A stretch of DNA of 63,220 bases, filler included, from Phoronis australis (Eukaryota > Animalia > Phoronida): assembly GCA_002633005.1 (NCBI GenBank). It is 10 parts of 10 records of this genome, joined end to end, with 100 filler letters (N's around TTAATTAATTAA, not from the genome) between each part and the next. Parts side by side here need not be neighbours in the genome. Positions count along the whole stretch, not along the records: positions 56,396 to 60,190 come from NMRA01001797.1; positions 60,291 to 63,220 come from NMRA01003318.1; 8 more parts are not named here. The stretch is one strand, 5' to 3'. Positions 56,396 through 63,220 of this stretch are shown here, piece after piece (position 1 is the first letter of the stretch; every line of letters starts with the position of its first letter). The notes under the pieces are model-generated. The model ran no database searches and was not told the origin of the DNA. It saw only the letters and a list, made by a program, of their open reading frames with translations. The translations under genes and the position numbers were made by a program.

Positions 56396-57784
56396 ACAAA
56401 AGGAGCAGAGAAATTGCCAAAAATAGTTTCGAGTTCGTTTTGAGTACAAAGATTAGAGACCGGGCCCTGGTCCCTTGGCGAACTAGTCTGTGGTGTGCTT
56501 TGTAAAGCTATTAACTTCAGCCAGTACTGTTTGGTCCCGCGACAGATCAACTATTTTTATAGGGATAATAAGCACAGGTGTACTTTTGGTCTCGTGACGG
56601 ACCAGGCCAGAGTTTTTGTGTACTCTCAGTGTACATCTGGTCCCTCTGCAAACTGCTCCTGTATACTGATCTTTTCACCATGGTGTACAGAATGTTTTGG
56701 TTTCGTGAAACTGTTTTCAGATGATTTGTTTTCTGATACATCTGGCGTTTTTCAATTGTCGTCAACGTGATTCAGCTTAATAAAGTGATACTTAATTGTT
56801 TATTGTCGCTTTTTATAATACACTATGAGCTGAGAGCACCATCGTTCGCCAGTTTTTCTCCTAACGAGACAGAACACATGTTTATTTCCCAACTAACAGT
56901 ACAGGTCTTCGTTTTTAAACAGCTTGAGGCTGTTGCGATCATCTGATATTCAAGTTTTTACGCCCCGTCGGTGCTCGTTATGCTCTTGAATATCTGGTAG
57001 TTATCTAACCCCCTGTATACACACCACACTTTTTTGTACACTAAAAAGGTGTGTGTAAGCAGATGTTCCANGTGTAAGCAGATGTTCCAACAAAAATTTT
57101 TGATGAAGGTGTGACTCATACCCAGATGTGCACAAATATGGTTTCACGAAACTTATGAGCCAAGTTAATGGGACGAAATCGTGAAGGGTTTTTAATTATC
57201 TTAAGAAAAACTCCAGGGACATGTTAAGTGCCAAAATCGTACCGGGATGCATGGAAATTCATCGTTTGGCTACAAAAACAAAAAGTTGTCCTACACTCGC
57301 CCCCCCCCGCTCGGCGCCGCGCGCCTCGGAATCGACCTTTGCGGAAATCCTAATCCCCCTTACTGAAAACGTATATCCGCCACTGTTTTCCCAAAATAAC
57401 TTTTACTGAAAGTTGACTTCATTGTAATCATGGTGTACAGCAATGTGGTCACCAAACTACACATGGTGAAGATTTAATTATTTAACTTCGATGAAGAAAG
57501 TTTTTAGAAAACAAAAATAGAAATTTGGTCCAAATGGAAGAATTTTATGCTGGTACTGTTGGCTACTTTAAAGATGTTTCTAGTGCTTCATTTTCTTGAA
57601 AGCTTCTTAAGGCGGATGTTAATGTAAGTTAGATTTCTCACAATGCTCATTCAACACAACTCCGAATATCTTGAAACTCAACTGAATATAGTAGGCCTTT
57701 TTAGTGTAATTGTCATTGTCCCTGGTGCCGCACCATCAAAAATGGCCACCGTAGTGAGTGACTGGCAAGTACTGCATGATGGGT

Positions 57785-59567
57785 ACTCACTTAACTGCGC
57801 CATGTGTAATGATGTTTCCCGCCCACTCAAAAAATGAATAATAAAACAAGGCAAACACCAGCGGCAGAAAGTTATGAATTGTTTATGGTTTTGTGATATC
57901 TTTTGATTGAAGAAACTCACCCCGGCTGTGTACTAAATTGGTGACCGTAGGAAAGGGTTTTCGTTAATTTATTCTACATACACACATCTCAAGTATTTCG
58001 ATGAAGTATTAACAGTGTAAGGAATCATTGATGTACTAAAATCTTCGGCCGGATTCTGACTTGGGCTCATGCGGTTAGGGTGGCTCTGTTATATTGAAAT
58101 ACTATGCATTATTTCAAGTATGAAGGCTGCCGGATCTCCAAAGCGACTTAGTTCCGAAACGGGAATTTTCCCGTTGGAAAATTGGAGTATCAACTCCACT
58201 GTCCCATTTTAGTGCCGAAAAATGCACCTTCCGTGGTCCCTGGATCCTGCATGTGTGTGGTTTTGGCGAATGCAGGCGTTGGGTTCGACTTATTTGGAAA
58301 AAGGTTACTCACCAGAACACTTTCAGCTAAACCTGATGCCCAAATCCTAAGAAAAGTTATCTTTTATGATGCTGGTTAATCTCTTAATAATTTCAAAAGG
58401 GCCCACGTGTCTGTAATTTGTAGCGACAATTTAGTGATGCGGGCTAGACTATTATTTGACGTTTCCCCCTAAAAAGTCGCGTACCAATTATTAACCACTA
58501 TCGCAGTGTGTATCCTGTGATCGAAAAATCATATGCGAAGTCGTATTCAAAAGTTGGAGTGTGTAGACTGACGAGGCCTATGTGAACTCGACGCCTCACT
58601 ATCTGGTAATAGCCATTTGCATGTATGAAACACATCAAAACAGAAGAAATGACGTCACTGTAATAGGTCAGTGATCAAATATGGTACCCCATTCACAAAC
58701 ACTTCATTCGATAGAAGCCCTCAGTGTAATAGATTAGCATTTGGAATTTCGCTTTTTGTTTTTCGTTACCTCTTGGAAGCCCCTCCATCACTTCATTCTG
58801 TGTATACGACACCTGCATGGTGTGAGGTCCTTTGTATTTGAAGTGTTCGGTACTCCTCCGTAACACTGGCCTTATATTACACGAAAAGATTCCTACGTTG
58901 ACACACTCACCGGTCGAAATTGGACATCTCGACCGGTTTACGAACCTCGAAATATGCCCGCATTAGACCACATATAGTTTTAGTCGTTACGTCGCCTTGA
59001 TCTGCTGGTGCTGACGGTTCCTAGATAATCGAACCCACCATAAACACATTGGGTGACAATGCCATTTTTGAATTTTCGTTTCTAAAGCTTTTAAGTACCA
59101 TATTTAAATAGTTCGTGAAAAGTACATGTGATTGGGTTTTTGAATTTTAAGAATTGGACAAGAAATGGGACTTGTACAACCTAAAACGTTTGTATAATGT
59201 TGCCGTATTGTGGTCCTCATTAATTCTACTGGGTGTGCAACATGAGTGGGCCAATTAGCAAACCACCAGGCAGCAGTTGGATTTTGAGGTAAGCCATGTG
59301 TCATTGCACAATTCGTGGCATGGAATTCTCCGTTTCATCGGTATTACATCTCCTCTCCTGTTACATCCCGTTACGTCACCTTGAAGTTGTACCCGCGGGG
59401 TCTTCCGCGAGCTAAAATATTCTCGTCACTTTGTAAACCCTATTTGGCCAAAACGGAACCTTTGAGTTTCTCCCAGTGAAAAAATGGTTCATTGAGCGGC
59501 TCACCGCCATTCCCTTTACGCTTACTCACTCTGGGAGTATTGAGGTTTCAGACATAGTATCACTCAT
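57785..59567 (-). other. Candidate multi-exon transcript of unknown coding status
   Basis: Five minus-strand GTGAGT donors (59529, 58910, 58312, 57920, 57790) with plausible acceptors; AAAAATG start at 59567. No single fully consistent reading frame could be built. Confidence 0.35.
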
Positions 59568-59599
59568 TTTTCGCGGTTTTGGCGTGGTTCGTACAGAAT

Positions 59600-59850
59600 T
59601 TATAGAAAGACTTTTGTGACTCTCTTGCCTCGGTTTACAACGAATGAAACAAACGGCCACGTCAGATGCACAGATAAACTACGACAAGCTGCGTTCACGT
59701 CAGTATTGTAACTGGCGATGACGTCACAACAATACGTAGCAACCGGAAAATAAAATGCGGTTGTAACGAGGGAACGTGTTATGACTCTTCGGTTGTCCTT
59801 CGCTTTCTACTGGATCGCATACTTGTTACAGACATGAGGCTATCCGGTAA
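59600..59850. promoter_or_regulatory. Putative bidirectional promoter
   Basis: CpG-rich; CCACGTCA 59657, CRE palindrome TGACGTCA 59719-59726, ETS-like ACCGGAAA 59742; divergent ATG-plus-donor units on both strands. Confidence 0.35.
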
Positions 59851-60190
59851 GTTGATCTGCTGATTTTATGTGCCCAGTTGTTCGAACTTCATTAAGCGAG
59901 GTTTGTTTCCTCTCACACGACCTGCAAAATAAGTGCGATTCAAAGGATGGGGTATTTGGCATTGGAATTTCGGGATGGCCATACAACATAGTGTGTGGCA
60001 AAAAACAACTTAGCGTGCCTCAATACCAAAACCTTGTCAGAACGAGGGAAACAAACATTGGGCGGCCTAGTTGTATTAATAAGCTAAAATGTCGCTTTAT
60101 CTAATGTACCTATAATAGTCGGTGGGCCAGATTTTGTAGGGCCTCTAGAAAATGGTTTTTGTGAGTACTTTAGGGGGGCAATTTTATTTT

Positions 60191-60290
60191 NNNNNNNNNN
60201 NNNNNNNNNNNNNNNNNNNNNNNNNNNNNNNNNNTTAATTAATTAANNNNNNNNNNNNNNNNNNNNNNNNNNNNNNNNNNNNNNNNNNNN
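60191..60290. other. Artificial contig linker
   Basis: 44 N + TTAATTAATTAA + 44 N. Confidence 0.97.
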
Positions 60291-61555
60291 TCCACACACG
60301 TACACTGAATAAGGTCATCATATTTGACTGTAGATCACAAATTAAAATTTTCCATTGAGTAGCAAAATTTGTGCAAGTGGGTACACACAAATGGCACCTC
60401 TTCTTTCTCTTCTTCTGATACGTCCAACTTCCTCTGGTTGAAGACATTGACGGAAAATGTTTGGTCACTTCAAGAAGACAAAATGCTGTTATTAATAACA
60501 TAATGTGATACACAGCGCAAGATAAAATAATTGAACAAGGTGATTTGATGGCATTTGGAACAATCTGTTCCGGATTGCCTCCACAGATGGTGCTGACTGC
60601 AGAATAGTGGTGGGGAAGAAGCTTTGCAACTGACTTCCCGCCGTTCACGTAGCTTGTTGACGCATCAGGTCGCGGCTCACCTCAACAAGTCGCATACTTT
60701 AGTGACGCCACGACATACTGTCAAGCAGGGGCGTATCCAGGATTTTGAGTTAGGAGGACTGGGCAGAGTATTAGCCAGGACTGTGCCAGTCAGATATTCA
60801 CACCCCCGAACTGCCAAACATAATCTGGGAGAGTTTTAGGGGGCATGGCCCCCTTGCCCCTATGCCACCGCTGCAGCAAAATGCCCTTTACGTGGCTGTA
60901 ACAGATTGTAGTCGTTGAATTCGCTTACGCATGTACTCTTTCGAGACTCATGGGGTGGTGGTCTATGCCTAGCAAAACTTACCATGTATCTTCAAAACCA
61001 AAATGATCGATGGAGTTAGAACGCGATAGGAGCGTTTTCACCGCTCTGGCTTGACCATCATGTCATCGTCTTTAACCAGGACGTCGACGTACACTGGTGG
61101 GCATAAAGTCGACTTATTGTTGACTGCAAGGACATGGTCAAACACCACGTTGTTGATGACATTTCTGTCAACATGCTGGGACATAAAATGGCTACTCTTG
61201 ATTGACGTATCCTGTACCGACGAATCAACCGGCCAAGGTATTCTCTACGATGAGTTCCAGCATACAAACCAATCAGATATCGTTACCGGTTGACCCGACG
61301 GAATCGAGGAAGTCAATCAATTGGCAGCCAACGGCTTATTCGGACAACAGGCAATGACGCTTTATGTCACCATTATGGAAATACACCTCAGTCGCGTTTG
61401 TCGATCGTGTCAAAATCCACTTTTCTCTGTACCTATGCAAGAAGAATCTCCGTTGATAATCACGTATTATTTGCGACTTTCTTGTAGCGGAAATGTACGG
61501 AAAACAACCACGTAGTTCTTGAAATATGCCAACTACAACCCTTTACTTATTCTAG

Positions 61556-63220
61556 TCGGACCGACGAAGTTGGCTCTCACTGGCAACCTTACAGACGTCC
61601 ACTCAAGGGTGAAAATGTATACACTTAAGCACGGTCAAATATACTCTCTGTCCTGCTCAAGTGATAAACTAAATCCATCAGGATCCGTTGAGCTCGGCTT
61701 TGTCACTTGCTTGCAGTTAGATCAGTGCATCACCAACGCCACTGAGGCAGCCGGTTACGGATCAGGTGCGCTGACACTCGAACAGAGCCCAACGGGAGCC
61801 AATGGCGTGAACTATACAGCCACTTTAACGCTCACTGCTGACGCGAGCATTCATCAAAAGGAGATTGCCTGTTACGTCCGGAACACTGACGTAACGGAAT
61901 TCCAAGTGACCACAAATGTATCGGTTTGTTTAGACAGTAAGTACTGCATAAAGAACTTCCTCGTGTTCTTCATTCTCATTAGCGAACAGAAAAAAAGATT
62001 CGACTATGGTAGGTCTTGTTTTCAACTGATATTATCTGTGCCATACCTCACTGTATCAGTAGCACCGAATAAAGTTTGTACGATACACTTAATTTGAGAC
62101 TGAAGTCATTTTAGCTTGCTTGTACTACATGTACGTCACGAACTAGAGCCTGTATCGTTCGAGGTCTTTTGTCTTTCCGTTATCTCTGTTAACAACGATC
62201 GTCGATTAAGCAGACTCTCTTATTAGGAAGATTCTATTCAAACTAACTAAGGTTGATAATGGTTGATTTATGTTATACGACCTGGGCGCAAGAAGTTAAC
62301 AGTCACTTACACTATACAGGGGTCCCATCCTCAACTGGGTAACGGACATGAAACTGGTCTGTTCCCAAAAAATACGGGGTCCTTAAAACTGTCAATTGCC
62401 GAAGAAAATAACACCCGGTGACAGTACTAAGCTGAGGTGAACAAATTAACCTTTGAAGAAAGCTGTGCCCAGTTGCATGAAACAGTCCCAAACACGGACT
62501 CCACTAAGTTCCCTAAATCTGCTGAGTACTTCTTGACTTGTTAAGACATCGATTGATCTTCCTTGTATTGCGTTAGTTTCATTACTAAGTCGACATATGA
62601 CATTGATACACATCTAGAGTGAACTCAACGTTGAAATTCCAATATTATCTAAAATACACTGGGATCTTTTCATGCAAAACCCCCAATTTAAGGACTGAGT
62701 CGCTACCTATTTTCAATAAATTCTGGACTCAGTTTTTAGTTATGATATTAAAAAATATTAATCGACGAAAACTTCATAATGAAGATGGAATGCTAGAATG
62801 TTGCATATTGCATCTTTGAGTCCATAAAGAGACAAATACGCCAAAAGAATTAGGGTCCCTATTTGGGACTGTTACATGCAACCGACCACATATGCCCAAT
62901 ATGCGATCATAAGCAGAGACGACCAGCCTGGAATGATGTGGTCAGACTGGTTAGTGCCCAGCGATTGGTGTTGACCACTATCGAGACATTAAAATCACTC
63001 ATGTGCAAATAAACTGTAAATTCACTTTCAGTCGGTGATCCAAAATTGATGATAACCCTCGAGGATGCGAAAGCTACCATTTTTAGCGCCGAAGCCAACA
63101 ACAAGACAGCAGAAAAAGTTCATGTGGTTGAGGGTCAAACATATACAATCAAGTGCCTGCTTACAACTGTAATTCGTAATGGTGTGGAAATCACATGGAA
63201 TTCGACTTTGGTCAACCTAC
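61556..63220 (+). CDS. Immunoglobulin-like (C2/CD80-type) domain protein, two internal exons, partial
   Basis: Phase 1-1 exon 61556-61936 (YSLSCSS..NPSGSV..ATLTLTADASIHQKEIACYVRN) and exon 63032-end (VVEGQTYTIKC..VEITWN); one-domain-per-exon layout typical of IgSF genes. Confidence 0.75.
62467..62886. mobile_element. ~420-bp PIF/Harbinger-like MITE in the Ig-gene intron
   Basis: TIRs GCCCAGTTGCATGAAACAGTCCCAAA ... TTTGGGACTGTTACATGCAACCGAC. Confidence 0.65.

Noticed and set aside
61051-61293. Possible leader exon for the Ig gene
   Set aside because: Weak donor (GTATTC) and no convincing signal peptide.

Overview
This is eukaryotic genomic DNA, most likely a bilaterian invertebrate (intron-rich genes, MITE/LINE/LTR repeats), not a prokaryotic locus. 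The window is 10 unrelated contigs joined by nine artificial 100-bp spacers (44 N + TTAATTAATTAA + 44 N), so adjacency across spacers means nothing. By manual splicing I recover: a partial dual oxidase (Duox)-like gene (10 phase-consistent exons, peroxidase-homology domain to first TM helix, + strand); EMC3 exons 2-8 (+); the last three exons of exportin-T (XPOT, -), convergent with EMC3; three exons of an FN3 + mucin-stalk surface protein (-); and two Ig-like domain exons (+). Mobile DNA includes an internally deleted BEL/Pao retrotransposon with a complete 3' LTR, CR1/L2-type and Tx1/L1-type LINE fragments, a decayed Penelope element, a Helentron/HINE-like element, a 1.5-kb long-TIR element and several MITE families. 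Most ORFs in the six-frame track are spurious. I find no convincing new multi-gene system. The most interesting observations are the remodelled heme pocket of the Duox, a tandem array of decoy splice acceptors in EMC3, an apparent intron inside the LTR, and a candidate orphan micro-exon transcript at a bidirectional promoter.
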